54,748 nucleotides of DNA, filler included, from Sphacelaria rigidula (GCA_964200075.2; 3 parts of 3 records of this genome joined end to end with filler, not necessarily neighbours in it); one strand, 5' to 3'. Numbered from the whole stretch's first letter, positions 36,572 to 50,200 are shown. Numbers and translations: made by a program. The notes: generated by a model from the sequence alone, not told the origin.

Positions 36572-38837
36572 CCCCATCGGGGGTCCGCCTCTACAAAGTC
36601 GGGACGGAGCACGCCGGGTTCTCGCCGGACCAGGGGGGGTTCAATCAATTGGTTACCATTGAATAGGAGAAATCATCACGTTATAGAACATATCCCAATA
36701 CTTACTGTAGTAGGCTCAAAAAGGAGAAGTGGAGGCAATCCACGACATTTTTTTCGTTTCCGTGTACATTTACATGTGCTGACTCTACGACATAATTCAA
36801 GGGATAGAGCAGGAAGCGTCGTCTTCCAACCTGTACACCCCATTCTCCGTGGAGAATAAATCATGACCGACAAGAACAAAATGAGTTCGACTGCATCATT
36901 ACTATTACTATGTTCGTCACATTAGCTCGATCTCTCGAACTCGTGGTCACGGAGTGCAAGGAGCATACCATCCATACCAATAAATCAAACAGCCCGCAGA
37001 GGAAGGCAAGAACCAAAACATCCACAAGAAAAAGGGCACCTACACTACGATAGTTCCGTACAAGACCGATTGAACTACAGGAGACTTACTGAAATCTGAG
37101 TAGTCCCCGCATGCGATCTCTCCGACTAACTTGCCACGTACTGGTGTAAACACCGAGTAGTAACAGCGAGTGAGCCGATAACCGAAACGGTCGCGTAGAA
37201 CAGAGACCAATCCCAAAATATATCTACTGTCTAGAGTGCTATTCAAAGAGATCCTCTACAGAGCCTGCGCACACGAGACTGGACAACGTCAGATAGGAAG
37301 ATCCAAAAAAGACAAGAGAAACAAAAAAGGAAGAGCCGATGATAACGAGGAGGGAAAGCCAGGAAGTACGATTTCCCTCGGGTTCTGCTCAAGTAGCATC
37401 GTCATGGAAACACAGGCGTGTCTAGCCTATACACGGCATAACGCTACCAGCCAAACACAGGTTCTGTTCAGAGTGTCCTATATTCAACCATGAAAACATG
37501 GGATACCATCTGTACCTAGTATCCACAACAAATAACGATCGAAAACCCAACAGAAAAAAATAGTATCCCGCCCTCAACGAAATTAGCCGCCAGCTCTGCT
37601 TTTCTCCGCTGCAAGGTCCTCTTCGAACTTGACCGCCTGCCGCTTCCATCTGTCCTCACCAGCATCCATGGCCAACCTAAATGCCCATCCTCGCTGGTGT
37701 CCATGATCCCAAACATTGCTCCCTCTGCTTCCTTTCGTGATGAAACACTTCCTCCTTCGTTGTGCACTCTGATGCTGGTCTGTAGTTAGTGTCTCGTCCA
37801 GGAGGCTCAACCAGACCCAACCCGCCCGTCGACGACCGCTCCTCCTCCATCCTTGTCGCCGAAACCATTCTACACGCCGGCACACGCTCTTTTGTATCTA
37901 GGGTGTGCGCGCCGGCATTCGACAGCGGTGTCATCTGCCTCCGCGCACACACCGTACCCAAACATGCCCGCACTCGGGGTGTTGACACATTATACTGCTT
38001 GTAACCCAGGATATGGCCACACTCAGGGTGTGCCTGATGAGCACCGTGCTGACCCAACTCTACTATCACACCACAGCCTTGGCCAAGGGTAGTAGTGAGA
38101 AGGAATCACTCCTTGAAGGTGGTTCCGGCTCTACACCCGCCGCATATTTCACCAAAATAGGGATATTCATATCTACATCCATATGTTTTTTTTCATCTCA
38201 TGACAGCTTCATCTTCAACCCAAGATCTGTGAAGAGCACCTCTACCCTGGACAACTGCAAAAGTGGATAGAATCATTGTCTAGGGAGAGTTGCCGGACAG
38301 ACCAAGAACCCGGAAAGGCGACACAAAATGAAACAAGGGAGATAATTTGGCACACATCATCTCCATCATCAAAATCGTTGTCCAATCTGAAAGCAACAAA
38401 GAAACACATGAATAAAATATGTCCTTTCAAGGTACCCCCTCCCCCCGGGCTCCTCCTTCCGATAATGAAGAAGACGTTTTCCTGTACCTCCCCCTCGTTG
38501 AACTTTATCACACCGCCCTGTACTTCATGCACGCCGAACGAAACAGTTCAGAAGCTACATCTGCTCAAGAAAAATGAAATGCGAGAGAAACAGGCTGGCG
38601 GAAAACACTATCCCAAGTGCTGCAGCAGCTGGGTGGGTACAGCAGCCGCGCGCAGGGTGAGTGGTCATAAGATTGATCAAAAACCAAACCAGCTGCCAAG
38701 ACTCTGTGAGTGACTCTCAGGAGCTACGTGAGGTCACGATGCGGCACGAGTCGGACACCCGTTGTCCTGGGGTGCATGCACAGTTACTATTTATACTTTC
38801 GAAAAAGACTTCGTCTTTGGCTCCCTCCCTTGCTCAC

Positions 38838-38951
38838 CTTTGTGTCTTGGGTGTAAACCTCCATGATGGCCGCGCCAGCTGCTCGCACGACATCCACCAC
38901 TTTCTCGACATCGACCACGGTCTTTCCGCAGGTGTATGTCAGGGCAGCCAT
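38838..38951 (-). CDS. cysQ: CysQ-like 3'(2'),5'-bisphosphate nucleotidase / inositol monophosphatase family, N-terminal exon
   Basis: MAALTYTCGKTVVDVEKVVDVVRAAGAAIMEVYTQDTK|gtgagc. The 'AAGxAIMEVY' helix is typical of CysQ. The exon probably extends 5' (SSSSRAAVRM, transit-like). Downstream exons were not found before the gap. Confidence 0.7.
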
Positions 38952-40876
38952 CCTAACGGCGGCTCTGCTGCTGCTGCTAAGGATCCTAATCGTTTTGCGC
39001 GCGTGTTGTGTGCTGCTCGCAGCGTAGGAGGGAGAGGGGGCAAAAACCGTGGAGGGAGGGGGGCATTCATTTGTTGCTTGCCTTAGACGTTTGACCACTG
39101 ACCACGCATCCCTCGCGAGACGGATATTCGGCCCAGGGTTTTGCAGGGATAGGAAAGTAGAAAGTAGCCGTCCCCAGGGGTGGTATCCACCGTTTTGTCA
39201 TGTCGCGAACCAATGTTGGTGCTCCCGAATATTCTAGATCGACTGATTGGTTATCGCATATATCCTAGGGGCACATAGTAAGGGTATCGATGCTTTCAAG
39301 ATACTTCTCGTGCGTTCATAAGCATCATGTGGTCCGCCTGCGGACGATGAATACGTCGGATGACCCTCCCCCCCGGGTAAGGGTATTTGGGCAGAAGATA
39401 TGGTCATCTCATCCTCGGGGAGCGGGAAAAGGGTGGGCTCGGACGAGCGAGTAGGATCCCTACGCTAGAGTAACCATTAGCGAACTCAGGAGGATCGCTA
39501 TTAGTTTTCAATGGGCCTTGAAGGTAGATTAAGATCCCACCGTATACTTAGCGAGGGGATAGAACAGCATAATCGCCGGGGTGTCTTGAGTCCCGTGAAG
39601 AAAAACAAAAGGTAACGAACGTTGTTTGAGGTGGGTTGTAGGCTACTGTACTCTATTGGTGCTGGTCATGTATTCAGATTCTTGGTTCGGCCGCAAATAG
39701 CCAATACGTCAGATAACATCCCCATTCCTCGCCGAGAATGTTCGAGGAGGAGGTGTATTGAAATGATCCCCGGGAAAGCGGATCGGGGGCGCAAGGAGTC
39801 AGAAAGCAGTAGGGTAGGGCGAACACGTTATAATGATGCTTCTTGCTCGTTCAGGGGCATCGCCATTCGTATTCAACAGGCGCGACGGCAGACTCTTGTA
39901 TAACCTCTGCATGTACTTGGGGAGGGAACGGAAAATATCTTTCCCGGGGTGCCAGCAGCCCCGTTAAGGAAAACGGAAGTTGCCACTACTTAGATTGTGG
40001 GCATTCTATCGGTACCGGTCGTGTGTTCAGATTCATTCTTGCTGCTGAAATTGTAAGGGAAGGGCATGCATTGATTGTCCCCGGGAAAGCGTATGGCGGG
40101 AGCAAGAGATTATCAAGCAGTAGGAACGGGTGAAAATGTCCGCACGATGGCTCCCGCGTGTTCGGAGGCATCGCGATTTGTTCGAAAATGTCCACGTAAC
40201 TGGCCAAAACGGTATATGACACCCATATCATGTTTGGGGAGGGGATCGAGTGATTTCATTCCCGGGTGGGGAGAAATGGGGGGATCGGAAACTATTTCGA
40301 TGTTCACACGTTCTATAGATGCGGTTGTCTGTTCATGTGCGTCGCCATTCGGTCATAACACGCCAATACAATCCAAAAATATTGAATAATGTCATTCGCC
40401 CGCTATGGCCCGAAACGGTGAATGCCACCCCAAAGTTCACGATAGAAACCGCCTCTGCGGACGGCCATCTTCTCGTCTCCTACGCCACCATGCACCCCCG
40501 CCCAAATCGAAGTTGACTGATGTTGTCCATGTACATCATTTGTAATCTAACAAACTTTGAGCTCCCAATGAGTTCTTTGGCGTGTTGAACACGGGAATCT
40601 CACAAACATGAGCTTGACGATCGTCAGCATGTCATCCGGCAGGAAAAATGAAACAGTTTCCAAAATTTTGTAAAAAAAACATTGATGTCCTAGAATGAAC
40701 TTTTTCCGATCTCAACTCGAATTGCCCAGCGTGGATAATTTAGCCTACGGGTGCGCTGTCAATCGCGTTTGATTGAGAATAAGTTGACCATGCCCTGTAA
40801 TAATAAATCTGCTATGTAAAGAGGGAGAGACAAAAGGTTGGGCATTGAGGAAAAAACGAAATCTTCCGCACCTTAA

Positions 40877-41005
40877 CCATTTGGGGACTAGACCCTCAGG
40901 GAGTGCTGATTTTTGTTTTGGTGAATCGGCATCATTTTCAAGTCAAAATGATGCCGATTCACAAAGATTCACAAAACAAGAATCAGCACTTGAGTTCCCA
41001 AAGGG
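40877..41005. mobile_element. Palindromic piggyBac-like MITE
   Basis: TTAA|CCATTTGGGGACT...AGTTCCCAAAGGG|TTAA. Internal stem gtgaatcggcatcatttt/aaaatgatgccgattcac shares 'gatgccgattc' with the 11.7-kb MITEs. Confidence 0.8.
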
Positions 41006-44000
41006 TTAAACAATATATAGTCAATGCAATAGAGGAACTCTGTACTGAACGACGTATATGCATATTGCATATAACTTGACACAATAGTTGCAATAGATCT
41101 GTTACCCAGTACATATTTTGTCTATTGCATCTATTGACCATATACTGTCCAGGGTGTGGAATCTCTAGGCCCCTCCTCACGCTTTGTTCAGCAGCGAACC
41201 TGGGGAAAAAAATAAATTGAGTGTCAAGGACCGATTGATTAATCGGAGACTTGCTCCAAGTATGCGCAAGGTATATCTGGTACTCAGCCCACCCCCACCC
41301 CCCTTGGCGCGCACGCTCCTGCACTACTCATTATATCTTCTTCTGTGACTCTACGTGACTGGTTTGGTATACAGGGAATTTGGGGTGGATATGGGGCACA
41401 CATCACCAGCGAAACGGTGGTGCCGTGCCGCAAACCACCGCAGCTCTAGCCGACCTCTCGTTTTCTTGACAACTACAGTACAGTACGTAGCTCCCGTCGC
41501 ACTGCACCGTCGGCATTTAGCGCACGACCGATGGGCGAACCACGTACCAAAGGTAGAGATAACAGGCACACAGAGGGGCAACAGCGAGGCAACTGCTGCG
41601 CCCATCTTCTTATTCATGGCTCTCTCAGGTATGGCTCAAGGAAGCTTGACAGATCGTCTGATCATCACGGTTTTGCTTTTTGGGATATAACAGTTGCGGG
41701 TAGAAAAAACGTCTACGGGTACTATTCCGCTAGCTCGAGATACAGGGAGGGGTATCTTTCATCGAAAGAGTGGAAGAGACGGGGTGAGGTACACTCCATA
41801 CGGGCATGCGCTTGGATTGGATGGGCACTGCTTGCAGCACCCGTTGAAGCAGATACCACGACGCTTAGGTATGTCCTGGTGGTTGGGGCTTGGCTATCCG
41901 CTGGACGTAGTCAGGCATACAGCAGCAGGATTGTACTCATTTCACCTTGTTTCGTGTGTTTGCGAAACGGACCAGTCCAGTAACCGGCACCATCAATAAG
42001 GTCGAACACACTCTTTCCTACATGGCTTAAGGGAATGCATGTTGAGAAACGGCACCTGCGACGGCGCCCCGTACTATGTACTGCACTATTGTTTATGCGA
42101 CCCAGCTGGTCGATGAATGATTGCAGTGCCGAGACAACTGTCTGTCGTACACAGGCAGTACAGTCGCAACAGTCAGTACGGCTGCTTATCAACACTTGAC
42201 GATTTTTAACGTGACATGTCGACATGGAGTGCTTCGCTTTCACTACCGAAAGCAGCACCCAGGGGATATCGGCGAGTTCAATTCAATAAAGTAGTGTATA
42301 GTCACCGTTTGTTGGGCTCTCGCCTCGCCTTAGCTCACAGACAGTTGTAGTACAAGGTAGATGGTGGAGCACTGTTGTCTACGCAGGGCAGGGCTGGCGG
42401 TGAGACGGAATTGCGCCGCATTTTGTTCTCTATCGGATTTCGGACAATAATATTTTGTAGCGGAAGTTCCTGTGGTCATAATTGAGAATCCGGGTGCTGC
42501 AAAATCATTTAACGGTCACTTTTTGGTGACAGCACCGACAAGTTCAGCACGGCAGACAGCGGGGCTGCAGCACCGTGTGAATACGACATCGCCGCATAGG
42601 GACATCAACATCCACAGCAGAAACAAGGTGTCGGAGCGGGCCACTTGTACTACCGGTGCTTATACTATACTGTACTGTGTACTGTACCACTACAGGTCTG
42701 CATTGCTGTGCAGCCGGTCAGCAATCTGAAAGAAGGCCAGCCGGTCGACAGAGGAGACCCACGGGAAACGTCAACTGTCGAAAACAGCATACAGGCAACG
42801 CGCAAAGCTCGTCTGGGCACCTGGTCGGGCAATAGCAAACGAGTGCTATGTTTGTCCCTCAATCACCATCCACCTCTACAGCTGAGGAGGAAACGCGGCT
42901 GCGTAATAATGTTGTAGCTAACACAATCAAGGCTGCTGCGGCGGATGTCGTCCCCGTGGCTCTGTTGGCGGGTAACGATGGAATCCAGACCCATTTCAAC
43001 CTCACCATGGTTAAACAGGTGTGTGAGTGTCTTGAGTGCGTCGGCACGGATGCTAGCTAGATAGACGGCGGGCATAGTTGGTGTGTGTTGGTGATTACCC
43101 AGATATTTGGGGCGCCGATCATGATGAGCGGGGGGCATGTTGTCGAGGGTTCGTTGGTGTTGCTGCTGTCACTGCTGTTGTTGGAAATATCAAAGTCGGC
43201 ACTGCTTTGGCCGCTGTGCACAGGGTCATGTCCAGAGGGCCTCGTCTGCCATACCCTTCGTTGCTGTGTGCCGGTCTGCTGTGTGTGTACTGTCTCACAG
43301 GAGTCAAGAGGAGTTCTATCGGGTACCCCTCTGGTGTACTTCGATGACCAAAAATAAGTGGAAATGTCGCTGGAGGGTAGAATGTGTGCATGACTTCGTT
43401 GTTGTGAGTTACGTACACTGTAGTTCAGTATGCGAGCTTTGCGGATACATGGTGTGTACCTTAAAAACGTATGTTACGTATAGACTCTCCGCTGATGCGC
43501 CGTCCGTGGGAAGGATACGTTTTCGCTTTGCGAGTGTTGGTGTGGTATCTCGACGGTAACAGTCCCGTCCGGTACAAAGCACTGGCATACTCTCAGTCTC
43601 CCCACGAAGATGTTGACCTTTGGCGCGGAGGACCGGCCCGTGTGTATCGATTTCAGAGACGGCGCTCAAACTGCTTCCGCCGTGAAGGGTGGAAAGTAAG
43701 GGTCAGTATTCGCGCCTTTGGAGAGTTGGGGTGCAGCATCTGTAACGATAGAAACGGGCAACCGTGAGATTTTAGCCATTTGAATACGAGTAAACGGGTT
43801 ATGTCCGCTCAAGTACTGCTTATTACGGCACTGTACATGTCGGTGTTTAGTAAAACAGTGTCGTACTTGTGCCGGGTGATATCCTGCGTTGCGACACCTC
43901 GACCACACACGTGAACAGGTGCAAACCATCTGAAACACGTGTTGGTCGCAAGTGCCCTCCCGGCGCTGACTGCAGGTGACACGATCCCGACAAAGCAGCA

Positions 44001-44292
44001 GCATTCAACTCGAAACAAGATCGGGTTTGGGAGGCCAGCCCCGCAGTGCTCAAACGTTACTGTCTTACGGGTCAGCAACAACAGCTGCATAGAGTGCGCC
44101 GCCGACGGTGGACTTGCCCATTTTATCGTGTTGCAAGATATATAGATACTGGTTGTACGCTGCAAATACACTTGGTTACCCAGAGTGACGGCTTTAAAAC
44201 ACATCATCTGAGCAAGCAGCTCCTTCGAACTGCTCCTCATTTACGAAGTTGCCTCCGTTTTGTTCCTGATACGCGAAAAACGCACTTCGAAG

Positions 44293-44406
44293 GTGCTGGA
44301 TGGAGACGACTGGAAACGAAAGGTTAGCGTGCTAAGGCAGCTGCAAGAGGCGCTGGCAGAAGGAACCTTGGCCCCTCCCAACCCTGGAGAGTTGGTTCCC
44401 TTCATG
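44293..44406 (+). CDS. CLASP_N/TOG-like membrane protein, exon (first recognised)
   Basis: aag|VLDGDDWKRKVSVLRQLQEALAEG...PFM|gtgaga. 'DW..R...L..L' is the first HEAT repeat of TOG/CLASP_N. The true 5' end is unresolved. Confidence 0.65.
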
Positions 44407-44619
44407 GTGAGACCGTATCGTGTTTGAGGGATTGTATACAGCCACGGGGAGAGCATGTGTGTAAGTGACCAGGTCTCATGGGTTACTACCGCTTGTTTTG
44501 CAGCGGAGCTTGTCGTGTGAGAAGTACTTTTGATCATACGTGATACACGCGGGTAGCCGTGACTCGTTGTTATTCTGCTACGGGGAGGTAAAAACGCGTG
44601 CCTTCCAATCTTGCGAGGA

Positions 44620-44875
44620 TGTGTTCTGTAGGGTACGGTAGGGTATGGTATGTCTTCCAGAACTTACAGAACGGTCGGGTACCGGTACTGTCGTCTTTCA
44701 GAGCTTACACAACCTGTCAGGTACGGTATGGAGGTTGTAGGTTGTACAGAAACCCTTACCCGCAACCGGGAATTTCTACAAGGGTATACCCTTACCACGG
44801 GAAAGGGTGAACATTTCTTACAAACTGTACAGAACTGTCGGGTATCGGTATTGGAGGCTTACAGAACTCACAGAT
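44620..44875. repeat. Degenerate minisatellite-like repeat element
   Basis: Recurrent (t/g)tacagaac..tcgggta.cggta motif. Confidence 0.6.
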
Positions 44876-44995
44876 TTATCTTTCTCAGAAAACTTGGGGG
44901 CCAAAAAGGGCACCCCTGCCGTACAACTTTTTGTAACTATCCGGCCTCGCCGCATTCCCAGAGGCTGTTTGCATATCAAATGCATGTTGAAAACT

Positions 44996-44996
<1 letters not shown>

Positions 44997-45037
<41 letters not shown>
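44997..45037. repeat. (CA)n microsatellite
   Basis: Seen directly. Confidence 0.95.
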
Positions 45038-45038
<1 letters not shown>

Positions 45039-45112
45039 GTCCCTCGCTGCTAAATGGTACCTTCCCGTGCTCTCTTCATCAAACTGCTGCTGAATATCAA
45101 TCCATGGACCAG

Positions 45113-45301
45113 GAGTCCATGGCGAAGCTCTTCAGAGAGTTGAAGGACACTAAGCCTGATATCCATGGCGGTTCGCGGATTACCCAGCTGGCGGCAGGGG
45201 TGGTGGGGGGCTTGGCTAAGACCACCAAGGGGGAACTTTTTTGTGGTTCTGCGGCGGGGATTATTCCTGAGCTACTGCCGTTCCTGAGCACACCGAGAGA
45301 G
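45113..45301 (+). CDS. CLASP_N/TOG-like membrane protein, exon
   Basis: cag|ESMAKLFRELKDTK...AAGVVGGLAKTTKGELFCGSAAGIIPELLPFLSTPRE|gtacgt. Phase 0/0, HEAT-like. Confidence 0.7.
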
Positions 45302-45396
45302 GTACGTGATGGTCATTGTTAACACGGCTAGCCGATTTTTGAAACAGATTTTGATAATAAGTGTTGCGTGTGTTGTGTTGTCATCCCATCTATTCT

Positions 45397-45712
45397 GGAC
45401 GCCAGTCTACACCATTCGGTATATGAGGGCGCACCAGCCGGGGTCACACAGGAGGAAGATCAACAAAGGAGCTTTTTATTTTTCATATGTTTCAGTACTC
45501 CACCTTACTTCTGCGGTGCTTGGCCTCTCTTTTGTTTTTCGCGAGAGGAGCTCAGCAATCCCTTTCCCTCGTTGACCGTGAAGTCGAATCTTGTGTACCC
45601 ACGACATGGTCGTTCTCCACTGTTGGGCAGTGTGTGAGCAAAAAAGTCAGATCGTGTGATTGCACCGAGATTCGAACCCACGACCCAACCGTCAGAAGCT
45701 TTCGGGGTTACC
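45397..45712 (-). mobile_element. tRNA-derived SINE family 1, uninterrupted intronic copy
   Basis: Minus-strand B-box GGTTCGAATCT. Body shared with 19005-20636 (gggcgcaccagc.ggggtcacacaggaggaag). Confidence 0.8.
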
Positions 45713-46298
45713 GTATTCTCCACATACCTTACGCGGGTTGTTGTGGTTAAAGATCCACATGCACTGATGTCCGTATAGGTCGTTCCGTGGTAGGAAAAAT
45801 CAAGGTGTTGAGTGTTTCTGGGTGTGGGTGGCGGAAACAGTGCTGTACAGTGGCTATCTTGTGTAAGATTGGACGTGGTCTGCTTGTAGGCGTTGTTGTA
45901 AGACGACTACCTTTCTCATGAGCCGAGGTTTCCCGTAAGTCGGTGTTTTGCCAGCACTTCTGGTAAAGCTCGTGTATCTGGCAGGTCGGGTACTGTAGCA
46001 CGGCATGACAACCTTTGTCAGGTCAAAGCCGCAGCAAGGGTGTTGTTCCCAGTAGTCGCACCCCCTCTCACCATTTCGCCACGTTTACGTCGACAGAGCT
46101 TTGTATGGGCCGCTCTACGTGTTGACCACCCGGTACGCCCTATTGGACATGAGCCATCGAAGAGCAATTCGGCCCGAAAGTAGTACCATTGTCGAGCGCT
46201 TGCCGCGAGTGATTTACTGTGCCATGAAGTCCCTTCTTTCATGCCGCAATCCCATCTGTGCCTGCCCGCATTCCTGGGGTTTCGGTGTGGTTTCGAAG

Positions 46299-46404
46299 GC
46301 GGTGCAGGAGTCTGTGACGGCGTGCGTGAAGGCGATGCTCACAGAGTGCCACTCCCCAGGTGTGCTGCGCGCCGCAACGCTCGCGTTGATCAACTCCAAG
46401 AAAG
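46299..46404 (+). CDS. CLASP_N/TOG-like membrane protein, exon
   Basis: aag|AVQESVTACVKAMLTECHSPGVLRAATLALINSKK-G|gtgggt. Phase 0/1. Confidence 0.7.
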
Positions 46405-46792
46405 GTGGGTGTGCAGCGGACATCCTGAGACTGATCGAGCTTGGGCTGGGGGCGGGGGGACAACTTTGACGAACCGCCTACTTCACAAATGCCTATCGTG
46501 CGTGAAGGGCAGTAAAGAGTGGGCTTGAAATGCGTCATGTCGGTTCATTATACGCCCCGAGGATGCCGCTCACTTCGTGGCGTGTTATCAAGCAAGAGAG
46601 ACGCTGCTGGTGCTGACCTGTCCGGCTCAACGACGGGAAGAGTTGGCGTTCCGATGTGCTCTGCTGTGCCTAGCGCTAGGCCTATTCTTTATCGTTGCGT
46701 CGTATTTCCCCCATAACCGTTTTTTTTTGTGTCATCTCTAAAGGTTTATTTTGGACATGTGATGTTTCTCGATCTCGTTATTTCTTGCACAG

Positions 46793-46970
46793 CTCATCAA
46801 CGGCGGAAAGCGTCGAGCTTCCTCTGCGTGGCAATCGAGCGCTGGCCGCAGGCGTCCTTGCACGCTACCCTATCGCCGATCATGGGAATGATGAGAAAAA
46901 GCCTCTTGGACGCTGACGCTACCGTTCGCCGTGAAGGACGGCACACTTTTGGAGCATTCATCAAGATTCG
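46793..46970 (+). CDS. CLASP_N/TOG-like membrane protein, exon
   Basis: cacag|(A)HQRRKASSFLCVAIERWP...MMRKSLLDADATVRREGRHTF...IKI-CG|gtgagt. 'L.DA...VR..AR..F' is the CLASP_N last-HEAT motif. Phase 1/2. Confidence 0.8.
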
Positions 46971-47274
46971 GTGAGTGTAACGCATCTTGCCAAATTGGAG
47001 TGATGGAGCCAGCTTCCGTGGTTTTAGGCTAGTGTCCGAAAATTACTCCATCGAAACCCGGTGTATGCGTTCGTGCCACAACAACCGCGACAAGCGCCTC
47101 CTCCGTCCTGGCGCCCCCCGCTTCCGACTGCTTGTGCTTGTTAAGGGTTGAGAATGTGCAAGCCTGATCACATACCCTCACCCCCATCACCTCTGCACCT
47201 CTTGTTTACCGACGTCCCCACCCCCCGACCCGTGCACATCTGATGGTGTCCGTATTCCCTTTGTGTGAACATAG

Positions 47275-50200
47275 GCCGGCAGAAGGGGGGGGGATGTACC
47301 ATGGCCTCGATCGTGCAATTCAACGGGCAATTTTACAAGAGCAGCCGCACGTGTCAAATTTCATCGGCGGGAAGACAGGACCTGCACCCACCAAAGAGAG
47401 AGGCGGCGCCGGTGGTGGTGGCGACAAGGATGGTAACTCGTGGATGGGCCCGCCTGCCCTTGTCGGCGGTGGGGGGGGACAGCGGCCGGCCGGTGTGACG
47501 GTGACACAGGCTCAGCAGCTCAACCTTCTGCGCTGGAAGAGAGAAAAAGAAAAAGAGAAGGAGAGGGAGAAAGAAAAGCATAGGGAATCGGTTTTACTGC
47601 AGGAACGGCGCGCCGCCGCTGAGCTTGGCGCGGCCACGTCCGCCCCCAACTCCCCGGCCAAAAATGCCTCTCTGTCTTACTCTTACACCTCTGCCGTCGC
47701 TACTGGTACTGCTGCATCAAATGGTACAAACGCTGCCAGTGTCGGCGGAGAGAAAAAACGGTCAGGAATGGTCAGCGGAGTACCATCGCCGAAGGCGGGC
47801 ATCGCGGGTCGACGTCGAGGCGGGAGCGGAGTTGGCGATGGCGATGGCGACGGGCTGGTGGTGCACCCCGGTGGTATTACTAGAAGTCCAGGGTCATGTG
47901 CATCAAAAGTGTCTTGCTCACAAAGATTGCGGGACGCTGCGAAGGTGGCGCTACGCAAGCACGACCTGCTGTCCCCGACGATGAAGAAGCTCCTACAAGA
48001 GGAAACCGACAAGATGTCGGCGGTGGTCGCTGGTGGCGGTTGCCTGAGATGTGATGCCGTCGAGAAGAACGGCACTCGAACGTCACCGCACGCTTCTGAG
48101 AGAAATGTAGTTTCAGCAGAGTCATCGCACGGAGGAGACTCGACGGTAGAGTCCGGAGGTGGCGTTGGTGGGTCTCCACTGAAATCACCTCGTAGTCAGC
48201 AATCACAAGGCCCGGAAGACGGTGCAGATGTTGACGTCAGTAGGACGATGACCCCGGCGGAACTGCGGCAGTCGATGGCAGGTGATGACAAAGAGTACAT
48301 GAACAGTGCGGCAGCCACTGTCCCAGTTAATGGAGAGGCTGGAGGCGTGATGCCGCCGGGCGCGTTAGGAGGCAGAAGCCGGAGCGGTAGTGGCGTGTCG
48401 GACGGCGCCCGATCGAACGGCGATATTGGCGGAAGAAAAGACGGCGGGTGTGAAGGAAGAGAAGCTGGAGGTAACTTCACTGGAACCACCCGCATGCTGT
48501 TTGCCAACGTCAAGGCCGAAGAGGGCAACGGTGAGAGGAAGGGGACGAGGAAGGGTGACAGATCGACGATTGGAGATAAATCCCGCAGGATGGCAGGCTC
48601 TCTCTCGCAGCGAGCACCTTCGTCACTGCCGACGATATCGCCTCCATCGTCGCCTCGCTCCAATCCTCCCGATGATCATATGACTCCGCCGCCATCCGGA
48701 GAGGAAGATCGACGATCCACTGTGTCGAGCGCCGCCGGTGCTGCCAGCGCCAGCACGAAGGATCTGCGAAGCCAAGGCCTGAACAGGTCTCTCACTGGTA
48801 GTCCATTGTCAGTCGCCACCGAGGCGTCAATGCTCTTGCATGATGACGTCAAAACCCCCAAGCGACATGCCGTACTGACCGGTGGAGGCAGTGGCACCCG
48901 CGGGAGGAATACGGAGGCGAGACGGCAGGTTCGTTTCACGAATACAATCGACGCAGGAGCGTCGACGCCGGGCAGTCTGACTTCCCCATGCAACGCGGAC
49001 AGTAATGGCCGATCAGCGGCACGCGAGTCGTGGTCGACTCCAACCGGACACGAAAGCCTCAAAACGACAGCAACGGCGGCAACGGGGAGAGGACCATTTT
49101 CATCGCTGCGTTTAGCACTGCTAAATGTTTTCCTCCTCATGTCTACACTTGGTGCCTTCGCCGTGTTGTCGCTAATGTTGGCCATCCAGCTCGAGGACCA
49201 CGACTTTATGGAAAAAAATCCGTCCCCTCTGCCTGACATGATCGCGGAGCCGCCTGCGACAGAGACTACGACTCAGGAGATGCTGTCTTGGGTTTTACCG
49301 CATCCTGAGCCAATCATGACGGGCTCCGTTCCTCGACTGTTGGTTGAAAATAACCCCCCCGGTCTTGGTTCGAGGAGCGCGGCTACAGGCCAGCAGGCGA
49401 TGAGGGCAGGATCCGGAGATGCAGGAACGGCAAAGGCCGAGGACGTACGGCCACAAAAGTCCGACGCCGAGCCGAACGCGAGGGCAGATGATTTGAGCAC
49501 AGACGACGAGGAACACAGAAAGGAAAACACCACGGTGAGAGGATTCGGTGGTGCCGTCGCGGAGGAGCGCGCTAATGTCAATGATCCACCGTTACCGACA
49601 ATGGACGCAGTCGAGATGCCGAGAGTGACAAAAACAGAGGCTGCTGATGATTCCCCTTCCGAGAAGGATGAGGGTGTGGAAGTGGCCGCGGTTGAGAGGT
49701 CATGTGAATCGGCTGCGGCCACGCTCGACGTACCGCCGGCGGTGGGTGTCATAGAAGTTGGTATAGACAACGAAGACATCGCCGACGCTGCTGTCGTTGC
49801 AGCCGTCACAGAGGTGCGGACTGATGTTAACGCGGATTCACCGGTAACGACTGCGGACAAGGTCGAGACGCCAATGGTGACAGGAGAAAAGACTGGTGAG
49901 GACTCCCCTCCCGAAAACAACAAGGGGGTGGGAGTGGCCGCGACGGAGAGCTCATGTGAGTCAAGCTCGGCCACGCTCGAGGTACCGTCGGTGGAGGGCG
50001 TCGTGGAAGTTGGTGCAGTCGACGAAGTCATCGCCAGCGCTGGTGTCGCCGCAACTGTCACAGAGGAACCCGATGATGTCAATACCATTCCACCGGCAGC
50101 GACCGTGGACACGGTCGAGACGCCGGTGGTGACGGAGTTAGAGGCTGCTGAGGAATCTCCGTCCGAGAAGGACGAGGGTGTGGGAGTGGCCGCGACGGAG

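Noticed and set aside
37400..38540. LINE reverse transcriptase remnant on the minus strand
   Set aside because: The resemblance is only vague and no YADD or other intact motif is readable.
43610..43695. Candidate first exon of the CLASP-like gene (MLTFGAEDRPV...GG-AA|gtaag)
   Set aside because: It could splice in frame to an acceptor at 44219, but that site has no pyrimidine tract and the peptide has no recognisable homology. Left unresolved.
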